Assembly: GCA_965153285.1 (NCBI GenBank)
Contig: OZ229110.1
DNA from: Podarcis tiliguerta
Taxonomy: Eukaryota
DNA: 64,000 bases
Direction: 5' to 3' (one strand)
Part shown: positions 1 through 11,532 of the stretch, piece by piece
How positions within the stretch are numbered: position 1 is the stretch's first letter
Layout of the letters: every line of letters begins with the position of its first letter
The notes under the pieces: generated by a model
Told to the model about the DNA's origin: nothing
Database searches by the model: none
What the model saw: the letters and a program-made list of their open reading frames with translations, nothing else
Translations under genes and position numbers: made by a program

Positions 1-240
1 ACTTGTTTTGTTTAAAAGGACATCAGGATTTAGCTTGGCCTAACCACATCTGCAGCTCTTGACTTTTACCACCTAGATTAACTCAGCTTGGTGTGCCTTC
101 TTTGCCCCCTGCAAAAAAACCCAATAACCCTGAGCTGCTCTGTTTTGTTACGTCAAACAAAGGACAAGAGAGACATCGAGCAACTTAAAGGTAGGGCTGT
201 GCAAATGCTGCAATTCTGCAGGTGCTCAGAAAGGCAGATA

Positions 241-296
241 TGAACTTCTCAGAAAGCTGGATTCTGCACCCAGAATCCGGCTTTCTGAAAAGTTCA
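241..296. repeat. 26-bp inverted repeat (hairpin) with a 4-nt loop
   Basis: TGAACTTCTCAGAAAGCTGGATTCTG-cacc-CAGAATCCGGCTTTCTGAAAAGTTCA; 24 of 26 positions complementary. Confidence 0.9.
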
Positions 297-1832
297 GGTC
301 TTATTTTTAAGGCAGGCAAGTCTGTAGTCCTTATGGTTTTGCATATATATTTGAAAGAATGTGAGCTACGCTTACTAAAAACTCAGAACCTAGAGAAAGA
401 TGATCAGAGGTTCAGGGGCGGGCAGCTTCAGTCCTCTGTATGGCTTACTGCCCTCTCCATGGAAAAAGAAAACCAGAGCAAATTCTGCAAAAATAGCAAA
501 AGCTCAGAAGAAACTGATTGACAAGAGAAAATGTGCAAACCTCTTATATACAAGTCAAAGAACACAGCTCTTGTTGACACAGAATCTGGATTGCCTAGCC
601 ACAGAACGCTGTTAACACAAAGTCTGCACATCACACCTTAGAGGCTAAGTGACTCATCATAGCAGAAACGTTTATAGGAAAGAGCCGACTTCATCAGATG
701 CAGGATGTAAACAAAGCTGATTTGTCCCTACATGAGACACGTCAGTTTCTGGGTTATATATATTCGTCGCAAGAGTGGAGAATAGCCTATTCTGGGGCAG
801 GACTGTTTAATTTGCTCCGTTATTATTTTATGAAAGGGTGAATCAGCAAGTACCTAGGCAGGGACTCCCACCCGCCATTCTCTCTACAACAGATATTGTA
901 TATGCAAGTGAGTAATAACGATTCATAGCTCTGAAAAGACCTGAAAAGTGTTGTGATAGAAAATTTTATGTTTTGAGAAAAATCAAAACTAGGCTAACAA
1001 AATCAGAAATAATGGAGAATAAAAGACAGCAGGGGGAAGAGACAGACTGCTAGGGTGCAGGGTAACATGAGGCGCACATTTTGCACACAGCAGCCAATTC
1101 AGTCCAAGATTGCTTCTCTGCAACCATTAAAAGCCATAAACTGGATTTTTTTAAGCAAGCAAACTCTGTGATTCTTTGAATTCCAGATCCTATCTTAGGT
1201 CTTGCGCTGAACAGGGTACTACATCGAAAGCCCAGAGCCGTGCCGATGAAGGAATAACGTTGCTGGAGCATTCCTTAGCTCCCGCAGTACATCCTCTGCT
1301 TCAAGGTCATCTAAATTTGAGTTATCAGATTGTGGCTTCAATCTGAACCTGAGGAACAGGGCAAGCAGGGAGCCTGGGAAAGCTAAGCTAACAGCAGGAT
1401 GCTAAGCCTGTCCCATAAATACTTTTTAAAAATGGAAGGCACTTCTTGGTCCTGTAGTGTGATATATATGTATTTTAAACCTGCCCTTGTTGTGGCAACC
1501 AGAGCACCTGGAAATAGCATGCTTGTCCATTTCCCCAGGTTTTTTTTTCAAACGAGAAGGGCTGAACTATTCTTAGCTGAGTTCCAAACAACAAAACTCC
1601 ACTCCACTGATAATTCTGAAAGCATTCTTTGTATAAGAAGGTTGGGCAACTTAATCCCCTCAGCCAACCAATGGCCTCCCAGATGCGCTTGGGCTACAGT
1701 TTCCCCTGACTGCTGACCAACCAGTCCAGCAACAACTGGAGGGCCACAGGAATCTCACTCCCCACCAACATCCCTGCCCTCCAGCCCATCCAGGCGCTTC
1801 AGCTGTCCCCCCCCCCCCCCCCGGAGACTCAC

Positions 1833-1933
1833 CCGCGGCCCATACAACCCAGCCGACGGTTCACATCTCTCTGCAGCAGCCCCTCCAGCAGAGAGCGCAG
1901 CTCAGGTGAGAAGGAGTCTGGGAGCTCCACAGC
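1833..1933 (-). CDS. GRK2: GRK2 exon 15 (kinase C-lobe; [34 protein letters not shown]); gene continues beyond the left edge of the window
   Basis: Manual translation; AG acceptor at 1934-1935, GTGAG donor at 1832-1828; 101 nt; in frame with exon 14. Confidence 0.97.
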
Positions 1934-2616
1934 CTGTGGGAACGAGAAGGGCAGAATTATTCTCATTATTAATTCTTACATTTGAACACCGCCCTACACC
2001 CGCAGGTCTCAGGGTGGTTACAACATAAAATCACAATATAAAAACACAATATACATAGTGTTTACAAAAACAACCCCTTCCCCATCACATTTTAAAAGGG
2101 CACTGGGTGTTAATCCTGGAAATGGGGATGGGAAGGATCTGGAGTAAGAAAGATCCTGCCAGGGTTTAAGAACCTGTGGCCCTCTGGATACTGTTGGACT
2201 CCAACTCCCATCAGCCTCAGCCAGCATGTTCAGGGATAATGGGAACTGCAGTCCAGCAGCATTGGGAGGATGTGCCACAGTTTCCTATTGTACAGGAAGA
2301 ATGTCATTTGGCATCTAGGGGCATCATTCCCACTAATCTGTCCCCATGGCTCAAAGCTGTACGGAACGATTGGGTCGGTTTATTTCATTCATTATGACGG
2401 AAGGGACAGGCCCTCCTATTCCTGGAGCCCACAGGGAATCCTCAGGAAAGACAACTTTCATCCAGTGGCAACGGAATCACACTCCTGGCAGGAGGTGTAG
2501 GAGAGAGAGGCAGTGGGCTAAAGGACTCCTTAGTTGTCATCAGAAGAAAAGGTGTTTTAATATCAAATGCCAACCCAGCTGTGAAACATTTTCTCTCTCA
2601 CACACACCCACACCCA

Positions 2617-2932
2617 GAGCGGCATAGCTAGCCACTCGGGTGCCTGGTGCGGGGGCGTATTCTGCAGCCGGGGGCGGGACGAGCATCTCCAATGTTTGGA
2701 ACCTCTCCGCCACCTCCCCCTCAGCTGTAGGGCGGCTGAGGGAAAGGCAGTAGGCAGAGGCTAGTCCCACGCTGCCGTTTCAGGCAGCGCGGAACCTGCA
2801 GGCGCCTAAGCCACCACGTCACGCCTAAAAAGTTTCATGAGCCCAATTTTTTTAAAAAAAATCATTTTTGTCAACCCCCGTGATGACACCCGGGGTGAAC
2901 CGCACCCCCTGCGCCCCCTTCCTCCACCGCTG
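2617..2932. mobile_element. CpG-rich MITE-like insertion with ends resembling the 11069-11215 family
   Basis: Local CpG enrichment; reverse complement of right end (CAGCGGTGGAGGAAGGGGGCGCAGGGGGTGCGG) resembles hAT MITE termini; TSD unclear. Confidence 0.5.
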
Positions 2933-4185
2933 CAAGCACGGATCTGAAAATAGCTATCTTAATTGCCCACCTATTTTAAGTTTGCCCACAAGCGCAATTT
3001 CTCCACAACTTGCCTTGCACAATAAAAGTGGCTTGGCATCCAAAGCTGCCTCTTATGCACCTTAAACCCCATTCGGCTCCCTCCCATCTCACCATGAGGC
3101 CTCAAAAGGCCTGTCAAACAGTTAGGCAGCTGATGCATCGAAACCTGAGTCTGTCATGATGATCAGTATTGCCTCCCTCTTCCCCTCGCTGTTGGCATTG
3201 CCCGGTTCTCTTGTGTGCAAAAAGGGCTGTGGGAGGCATCCTACACCCTCACGGAAATCTAGGGTGATACACATGAGCTCTGCTGGAAGAAGGATCAAAA
3301 TCTAGGACTTTCTAGAAACAGCAGCTGCAGCAGCAGCAGTCCTCAGAACCACCCATAAACTTTTGCTAAATGAAGAGGGAACCCCACCCCTGCCACACAC
3401 TTTGTATAAGTCATGCCCTGAATTAACCTCAATAAGCAAATAGTTGCAGCCACACCACAGCTGTACACCAAAGGCATGGAGGAAGGGCTTTTTCCCGACA
3501 GCCGCACCCTGGACTGGCACAAAGCATTTTTATGCCCAGCCCAGAAATTTCTAATGGCACCTTTGCCTGACACTGCTTAGCAGCCTGACACCTTGGCAAG
3601 AGTTGTGCTGCTTGCCTTGCCAAACAGTAATTGTTGAGTTCAAGCAAACTGCATCTGCTTACAGTCTCTGCACGTTCTCTAGGGAAGGGAATTTCTTTGT
3701 GATTTCTCTGTGCGGTGCTAAAAATAGAAGGTCCCTGATCTATTCATGTTCTTCAGGCAGTAGCATAACTTACAGTGATAGTGGGAAATTTAATTCTGCG
3801 TACCCATTTCCCTCCTTCCCTCACACAAACGCGCACACTGAGCCACCAACCAAACAGAGGGCGCTGGAACTCACAGAAATGGACGCGGTCTGATGTGTAG
3901 GGATATTTGACTTCGAGGGAGAATAATGGGGGTTCAGCACAGGAAAAACCTCATGTCAAAATGCTGAATCTATTTGGGAAGATGTGCTAAGTCCACATGA
4001 AACTGGCAAGTTGACATGGAGCATAGGTCAGCCAGGCTCTACAAAACATGGGCATAAACTCCGATAACTGGCAAAGGGAAGTTCTGAGATTTCGGAGACC
4101 CTAAGGGCAGGAGGGGAACAATTCAGCACCTGGAAGCTTTGGGATCCAGGCCAATCCCTGACTGAGCTTGACGACATTTCCTTAC

Positions 4186-4252
4186 CATAGTGAGCGTCAT
4201 GCGGTCGATCTCGTGCTTGTCTTTAGTCTTGTGTTGCCGAAAGGGGCTATGC
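4186..4252 (-). CDS. GRK2: GRK2 exon 14 ([22 protein letters not shown])
   Basis: Translation matches GRK2; AG/GTAAG boundaries; 67 nt. Confidence 0.97.
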
Positions 4253-4525
4253 CTGAGAAGAAGAGCCAGGAGAGCATCAGGAGGAGACTCAGGCCTCACA
4301 GGTTACCCCCTAACACTTCTTAATTAATTAATTAATTAATTAAATTTGTATAGCGCCCAATACCTGTAGATCTCAGTGTGATTTTTTCCAATTCTTGCCA
4401 TTCCCATCGCAATCAATCCAACCCAGCACCCTCTGGATTCAACCACGGCTCCCTCTGCCAGCTAGGCCTCCTTCCCACCCCCCACCCCTGCAAACTCATC
4501 TCCCCCTTGTCTCTCCCCCACTTAC

Positions 4526-4633
4526 CCCCTCAGTAGTTTGAAGAGCATGCAGCCTAGAGAGAACCAGTCAGCACTGCTGTCATAGGCAACGCCCTTCTGC
4601 AGCACCTCTGGAGCCATGTACCCATGTGTGCCA
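4526..4633 (-). CDS. GRK2: GRK2 exon 13 ([36 protein letters not shown]; APE motif)
   Basis: Translation; AG/GTAAG boundaries; 108 nt. Confidence 0.98.
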
Positions 4634-5418
4634 CTGCAGGGGTGGAGGGAAACTGAGAGTTACAAAAGACAGCACAGCACCTGCCGAGGGGGGGGGCGCT
4701 CAGCAGGGACAGGTCAATGGGTAAGGAATCCTTTTCGAAAAATAAACACACAGGAAAAATAAACACCCAGGCCAGTGGCAAATAGAGCTATGTACACTTA
4801 CGAAATATACACAGATTTACGTGGGAGAAGCATTCGCTTATGAATCTGGGTACGCATGTGCTTGTAAATGGAGGCAGGTACTAATTCCTCCTTACAATAC
4901 CCCTTTAAACCACAGTTGTGGCCTGTAGGAATTGTCTCCCCACAAAATACGAGTGGTTCCAAGCAGAAAAAGTTAGAGTGGGGCCATATTCCTGGCAACA
5001 CCGGCATCTCCCAAGAATTGGGACTGAACTAGCTCATTCTATCCTACACACCCCAGAATCAGAAAGGCCCTTTGCAGAGGAATCCATTACCGGAATCTGA
5101 GGCCTGTAATCTGTAGGTTCCAGTTTTGTGGTCCATATTTTGGGTCTCCATTACTGGACAGAGGCCTTAGGGCAAATGAGCGGATGTTGAACAAGTGATA
5201 TTGTGACCCCCAAATAATACAGGAATTAACACCTATAGAAAGCTAGAGGAAGCAACAGTGGAGGAACTTCCAGTAGCTCACCCTGCAGCTGGGGGAGAAG
5301 GGGGAAAGGTGTTCTGACATTTATCAAGACCCACAATTCGTGGGACGGGAGGAGTTTTAGGTCCAGATACAGAGAACGGAGCTGCTGGCCGAGGATTAGA
5401 TTCCTGTCTGATACTCAC

Positions 5419-5513
5419 ACGCTGGCATGAGGCTTCTTCTTGGAGAAATCACAGGCGAGCCCCAGATCCGAAATACGCACATGGCCAAACTCATCTAGCA
5501 AGATGTTGGCTGG
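5419..5513 (-). CDS. GRK2: GRK2 exon 12 ([32 protein letters not shown]; DLG motif)
   Basis: 3' part of ORF 5415..5642; AG/GTGAG boundaries; 95 nt. Confidence 0.98.
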
Positions 5514-6204
5514 CTGCAGGGGGAACAAGAGCAGCAAAGAATGGCAGCTGGGGGGAAGAGAGGATTTGCTGGGGAAAGTAGGGGAGAGAATAAACCCTCC
5601 TCCTTCATCCTTTGGCCTGGGCCTCTGCAGCAGCGGGAGCAATTTCTGCAGCGGGTATGCTTAATTTTGAAGAGCGGCATAGTGAGGTCATGATACGGAA
5701 AAGACAAGCAACCTCCCAAGATCCTGCCCTGCTTTGGATCAACCTGCAACAGTGACGAGTGGGTTGTCAAAAGTAGCTTTGATAACCCACAGTACCAAAT
5801 CCCAAGGCATTTTGAGTGGGAGTGCACTTCCATCAAGGCAACAATCTCCCTCAGTAAAATAAAAAACGCTTTCAAGCCTCACATTTTCTGAAAGAGATGT
5901 TAGAACTTGAGATGCCAGTATTCCCCAGTGAGGAATGCTGCCACCCTGAACGACTCATAGCACACAGCACAGTCCTCGCTTCTAAGGCGGAGGAGGAGGC
6001 AGCAAGGCTCTGGGTAAGGGGCAGCTGCCATGAAGTCAGAGAGCACTAGAGAACTCTCTTTTCGGTGGGTGCGGGTGCCTCTCTTTGTGGAAAGAGAAGC
6101 CTATGGTGAGGTTTTTCTCTCTCCATTTTAAAACCAGGTTTGTAGACTTCTTTGAATTTTATTCTCTTAACCTGGTGTAGCTTGGCTTGGCATAGTTGTT
6201 AGCG

Positions 6205-6265
6205 GGTGGGGGAGTTCAAATCCCAACTCACACAGCCATGAAGCTTGCTGGGTGACCTTGGGTCG

Positions 6266-6326
<61 letters not shown>

Positions 6327-6430
6327 CTACCTCACAGGGTTGCTGTGAGGGTAAAATGGGGAGCAGGGTGGGGGAAGGAAGCATGTAAGCCCCCTAGAGC
6401 TCCTTGGAGGGAAGGCAGGGAATAAATGCT
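6205..6430 (+). mobile_element. tRNA-derived CORE/MIR-like squamate SINE with an internal (TCTG)n(TC)n microsatellite at 6267-6323
   Basis: GTTCAAATCCC B box, GGGTGACCTTGGG, CCTACCTCACAGGGTTGCTGTGAGG core, L2-like tail. Confidence 0.7.
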
Positions 6431-6565
6431 GCAATTAATTAATTAATAGTTTGACGACACCCATTGCCTCAAAAGGGCTGCGTAGCCCTGGCAGGCGACA
6501 TACAAACATCTAGATAAAGGATGTTGAACGATGCAGCATTCGGGGGGGGGGGGGGCTTTGCTCAC

Positions 6566-6696
6566 CTTGAGGTCACGATACACCACGAAGCGGTTGTGCA
6601 TGTGTTCCAGCCCCAGGATGATCTCTGCTGCATAGAAGCGCATCTCTGCCTCGGAGAAGACCCCATGCTGGGAGAGGTGGTAATGTAGGTCACCCC
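6566..6696 (-). CDS. GRK2: GRK2 exon 11 ([43 protein letters not shown]; catalytic loop)
   Basis: Within ORF 6443..6868; AG/GTGAG boundaries; 131 nt. Confidence 0.98.
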
Positions 6697-6865
6697 CTGC
6701 AGGAAACGGAGCAGACAGCCATGTGAGGCACACAACCTGAGTATCGGCAGAGGGGCGTAGTGGTGAGGCAGGGATGCCTCTGTGTGTGGATCCCTTCGAG
6801 AAGCATGGGAGGGGAGGGGAGGGGGAGAGGCAGAGGCTCTCTACAGGCTGGGTTCTGGCTCTCAC

Positions 6866-6944
6866 CATTCATGAGGTCCAGGATGAAGCTGAGCTTGTCA
6901 GGTGTTTGGAAGGCATACGACATGCACACGATGAAGGGGCAATC
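6866..6944 (-). CDS. GRK2: GRK2 exon 10 ([27 protein letters not shown])
   Basis: Translation; AG/GTGAG boundaries; 79 nt. Confidence 0.98.
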
Positions 6945-7864
6945 CTGGCAGAGACACGAGGAACCAAGTCACAGCAGGGAAAAAAGAGAGGGGGGAAAAA
7001 TACATAAATGAATCACCAAGTCTGCATGCACATGTGCGTGAGCGAGTTCCCTCGCTCTACGTTCTGCTCACGCCCGGAATCCACAGGCCTTCCTGAAAGC
7101 CCCACGTTTCCCTTCTGCGCTCTCAGAATCATGCCTCGCACATGCATGCTTCCTACCACAGTTCCCCTACACACAGGAGCACGCTTGCATCTGATAACCG
7201 TGGGGGAACAGATTGCTCAACAGGGCCCTCGGCCTCTTGCCTCACACGTCGCCACTGCCTCCTTCCCTCTGCCAGCTCTTCCATTAACCCCTCGCTCCCG
7301 CCCCCCATTTTCTGCCGTGGGTTTTCCACCGACTCCTACACAGCCGTCACGTCACCTGTCGGCTCCTTTGCCCCGCCTCCCCCACCCACGCAAACTTGTC
7401 ACAAACCCCTACGGTGGTCTCCCCTGTCTTCCCCCATGCCCCTTGTGCACGGAGCCCCCACCCTGCCCCTCTCTCTTCCCCTCCTGCCGTTGCGCTCATT
7501 GAACTGCCTCCCCTCCCCTTCCGTGCGCATAATAATTCGCTGCGCTGCCTACACACATCCCAGCCCTGCTGCTAGTTTACTGCAGGCATCACACTCTCAG
7601 CCACATGCTCAATGCCACCTCCAGCACACTTCATCACCGTCATCCCTCCTCCCTGCCTTTAATTACCAGTGTGTGCTTCAAAATACCTGCCATGTCTATA
7701 CCGGCATTATCATAGCTTTGATTGCAAGCACAATACAGGAGCCCAAGCATTCGCATCTGCCCACTTGACAGATCTCTTTCCCCTCCCTCTTGGACTGGGC
7801 AGACTCCGGGCCTTGCCTAGTCTCTGCCTCCCAACCCCCAACTGCTCAATGTAGCCAGACTCAC

Positions 7865-7964
7865 CCCGGTGCTGACAAGCGAGAGCATGATGCGCTCGTT
7901 CAGGGCCAATGTCTCCCCCTGCTTCATCTTAATGCGCTTCTTATCCAGACATTTCATGGCGTAC
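7865..7964 (-). CDS. GRK2: GRK2 exon 9 ([33 protein letters not shown]; catalytic Lys)
   Basis: Translation; AG/GTGAG boundaries; 100 nt. Confidence 0.98.
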
Positions 7965-8443
7965 CTGCCAAAGGAGAAAAAGGAGGCTATAACCCTGCGG
8001 TGTTGCTCTCGCCAGGTCTTGCTGCTTCCCAGGGAATCGCCCCTGCCGATATCCCTCCACGCAGAACAGCCTGTGCGCCTCCTTTGTGGAAACCTACCAA
8101 ACTCATTCCACTTGGCACTTCCTTAATTACACCCATCACGACCCCCATCTGAGTCCTGAGTCACCTGCTATGACTAAACTCCCCCCAACACTTCTTTGGT
8201 TTCCCACAGAGGAGATTTACCACAGGTGTCCCTGGGATGTCTGCTAATGTTCACTGTGCTCCCCCTATATGAGAAGAGCCTTCCTTTGTGGGGGACAGGG
8301 GTGGGTGGACTCTCCTGCACTTGGGGTATTGAAACAAAGGCTGAACTGCCAAGTATGCCAGTTAGTAGATTCTGCATTGTAAGGTTCTTGGGTTGAGCTG
8401 GGGATCTTGATGAGATGGCCTCTTTTCAACACTAACATTTGAT

Positions 8444-8791
8444 GGGCTAGATCCAAAACAAGACAGACAAGCCCAGTTCCCATTGGAATCAGTGGGACTT
8501 CACCCAGGGCTTGTCCACACTTCCCTGCCTAAAGAGCACAGGTCTGAGCAATTTTCCATTTGCCCAGGAAAACTTGGTTCTTTAGCGCTGAATTGGAGCA
8601 AACATTAATCCGCAGAAAACCTGATTCATCCAGGTTTTTTTGGCGTTTGCTCCAATTCAGCACTAAAGATCAGGTTTTCCTGGGTGAAAGCAGCGGGACA
8701 AGTGAAGTCTGGATAAGCCCTAAGTCATGACTAATTTTTTCACATTTATGTCAATGGGGCTTCAATGCAATTGACTTACTGGATCTAGCCC
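8444..8791. mobile_element. Palindromic element (GGGCTAGATCCA...TGGATCTAGCCC) with a nested Harbinger-like MITE at about 8506-8721
   Basis: Two nested pairs of terminal inverted repeats; the inner element has a long internal hairpin. Confidence 0.75.
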
Positions 8792-9504
8792 TATGATTCT
8801 CTGAACCTGCTACCCCCTAAGCAATAAACACCTGGATTAAACCCGTCCTTATTGTATCTGACCCACTTTTTAATGATATCTGCTTCCCCTCTTGTTTGAC
8901 TGGGTGCTAGTTTTCCTCTATGAATGCTGCTGCTGTTTTCGTTATATTGTTTTAAGATGACACTTAACGGCTTTGCTCCATTTTGCTGTTAGCTACCTCA
9001 AAACCTCAGTAAATAAAGAATAAAATATGAGACACTGACTCCATGAAGGCAGAAACTGTGTTTCCTAACATTTCATACATGCATTGGAAGAATCTGAGTT
9101 TAGCGCAGGCACCAACCTGGTACCCTAGAAAATAAAGGCAAGCTGAGGAAAGGCCCTTGGGAAGCTATGTTTGCATTTGGGGCTCAGACCGTGAGTAGAA
9201 GCCTACTTATGCTGGTTACAGGGAGAAGCAGGACTGGCTGGGAGCTGAGATATCAGAGGGTACCATCCTGGTTCTCCAGTACCAACATGGCCATTACAAA
9301 CCAAAAGAGAATGATGGATAATATCATTTTTCATTTCCATGTGCAAATACTTCATATAGCTTCACAGCAATGATGTGGAGCAAAGCTAGGCTAAAAGACA
9401 ATGGCCAAAGGCCACACGGCAACCCCCTCTGTCTCCTTAACCAACCTTGGGCTCCCAGATAATTGTTGGAATAACAATTTGACAAACCAATCTTGCAACA
9501 TTAC

Positions 9505-9596
9505 ATTTTGCCCGTGTCTGCTTTCCGGCAGCCGTAGACCTCGCCAAAGCCGCCACGCCCGATGATCCGGTGGACGCTGAAGTCATTCATGGTCAG
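9505..9596 (-). CDS. GRK2: GRK2 exon 8 ([31 protein letters not shown]; Gly-rich loop)
   Basis: Translation; AG/GTAAT boundaries; 92 nt. Confidence 0.98.
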
Positions 9597-10264
9597 CTGG
9601 GTCCCACAAAGCAGAGAGCATGAACAAACATGATTGGGGGGGGGGGGAGAAAGGAGACCAAGAACGTTAACATGTTGCTGGCACCACCTTTACCCTTTCA
9701 GGGGTCTCGGTCTACCCGTCATAGAAAGGAATGGCCTCCCACAGGCACTCCTCTCACCCACAGTGACCTTTCCTCATATCCTGCTTTCAAATTATGACCC
9801 AAGGTTATTTTGTGTCACATGTGGGTATCTCTAGGAAAGCTTTCCCCAGCCTGAGGTTCTCCAGATGGGGCTGTGCCGGCTGAGGCTAATGGGAATTGTA
9901 CGGAGGATCCCATTTTAGGGGTAGTTGCTCTTGGATTATTGGGGAGCCAGAACTGGGCTTGCTTCTCAAGCTCTCATGACGGACAAGAAACCCTCACATT
10001 CTCTCATCTCATTTACCCAGTGAAGACGATCGTAATCCTGGTTTTCCCTGAAGCTACTAAATCGGTGAACTTCCTGAGACAGGGATTAGTCCCCCACACA
10101 CCACCAACCTCCCATCAACTACACGACCAGCAACTTTGCAAATCCTATGCACTTTGCCATTCTGCAACAATGTGGCTGCAGGCAGGTCCATGCTTAGTGT
10201 CTTTTGACAGCTCTTTTTTTATCGCCGCAGCTCTCAGGAATGCCCTCCCTCCTCAGGCACTCAC

Positions 10265-10316
10265 ATGGATGTTGAGCTCCACATTCTTCCACTGGGAGAA
10301 GCGTGTGAACTTGTCA
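10265..10316 (-). CDS. GRK2: GRK2 exon 7 (DKFTRFSQWKNVELNIH)
   Basis: Translation; AG/GTGAG boundaries; 52 nt. Confidence 0.97.
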
Positions 10317-10865
10317 CTAAAACAGAACAGACGGGAGAAGAAATGAGAGAAAGAACACACAGGCCCTGGAACACAAACACTGGGTATCACCACTTTCAAA
10401 GGATCCCTCCTCAAATCCCGGTGCCAGAACTCTTCCAAGTCCAATAACAATCCCCCGTCCCCTTAACAGAGACTCCTATACCCCAGTATTATGGGAAGGA
10501 AGCAGTGGGTTTAGGGAGGGGAAAGGGAAAATACAGGGAACATTCACATACATATAACTTCCATCCTGCCTTCAAGACAACCCTACGCAGGCTTAACTAC
10601 AGAACACGCTCCTGCTTCGCTTGATTCTAGGCATTTTTGCTCAGAAGGAAGTTCCATGGTGCTCAAAGGGGCTTACTTCCAAGAAAATCTGCAAACTTCA
10701 AAGGCACTGTCTCGTCTTCTTTCAAGCTTCGCCATGCACAAGGGGGAAGGGGAATGGAATGGAGTACGTTGGAAAAGGTGTGGCTGGCACCTTAAACAGG
10801 AGCACACCACGCTGCAACATGGTGCAGGTTCTGCGTGTGGACAGCCTTTAGTCCTCAGCACTCAC

Positions 10866-10927
10866 CTCTCAATGAACCTCTGGAAGATAGTCCCACGCAG
10901 ACACTCGCAGATCTCCTCAATGTATGG
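10866..10927 (-). CDS. GRK2: GRK2 exon 6 (PYIEEICECLRGTIFQRFIES)
   Basis: Translation; AG/GTGAG boundaries; 62 nt. Confidence 0.96.
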
Positions 10928-11068
10928 CTGGCAGAAGAGTGGGCAGAGAGGAATGAATGCTGAAAACCTATCCATTAAAGCTTTCTACCCACTGGTCCCC
11001 GTTCTCATCCGCATGGCCCCTGCGGGACTCAGTGATGCGGAAATCCCCATGAGATCCTCAACAGCAAG

Positions 11069-11215
11069 CAGTGGCGTAGCGTGGGGGGTGCAGGGGGGGC
11101 CGGCCGCACCAGGCGCAACATCTGGGGGTTAGGGTTAGGGGGCGCAAATCCACGGGTTAGGGGGCGCAAATTACTTGCCTTGCCCCGGGTGCTGACAACC
11201 CACGCTACGCCACTG
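11069..11215. mobile_element. Young hAT-type MITE containing TTAGGG units
   Basis: Perfect 17-bp TIR CAGTGGCGTAGCGTGGG; perfect 8-bp TSD ACAGCAAG (11061-11068, 11216-11223); CpGs intact. Confidence 0.9.
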
Positions 11216-11457
11216 ACAGCAAGTGCTGTAAGGAAATGGAGTCTGTATTTCTTTGGGTTTGGGAATGTTATAGGAAAAGAGGTCCCGTCCCCCCTGCTGT
11301 GGGGACACTTGTACATGATAGGAAGAAATTGGTTGCAATGGGCCAGAGTTCATGCTCCATCAGCCCCTGTCTACCGATGCAAGTGCATCCAGCCTTGGGG
11401 CAAATGAGATTCGAGATTGGATGAGCCCAAGGGTCTAGCCAATGGGGAGGGATTTAC

Positions 11458-11532
11458 CTGGAACAGGTCAGGCGGCACTTGCTTCTTGCTGAGGCGGCTC
11501 TGCACATATTCTGTGGCAGTCTTGGAGAAGGG
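11458..11532 (-). CDS. GRK2: GRK2 exon 5 (PFSKTATEYVQSRLSKKQVPPDLFQ; RH domain)
   Basis: Within ORF 11371..11592; AG/GTAAA boundaries; 75 nt. Confidence 0.97.

Noticed and set aside
1-1832. GRK2 exon 16 (AQEVKE...DWQMVFLQK-like)
   Set aside because: No matching sequence found; it presumably lies left of the window
7008-7768. Plus-strand ORFs of 164 and 208 aa
   Set aside because: Pro/Ser-rich translations of C-rich intronic sequence antisense to GRK2
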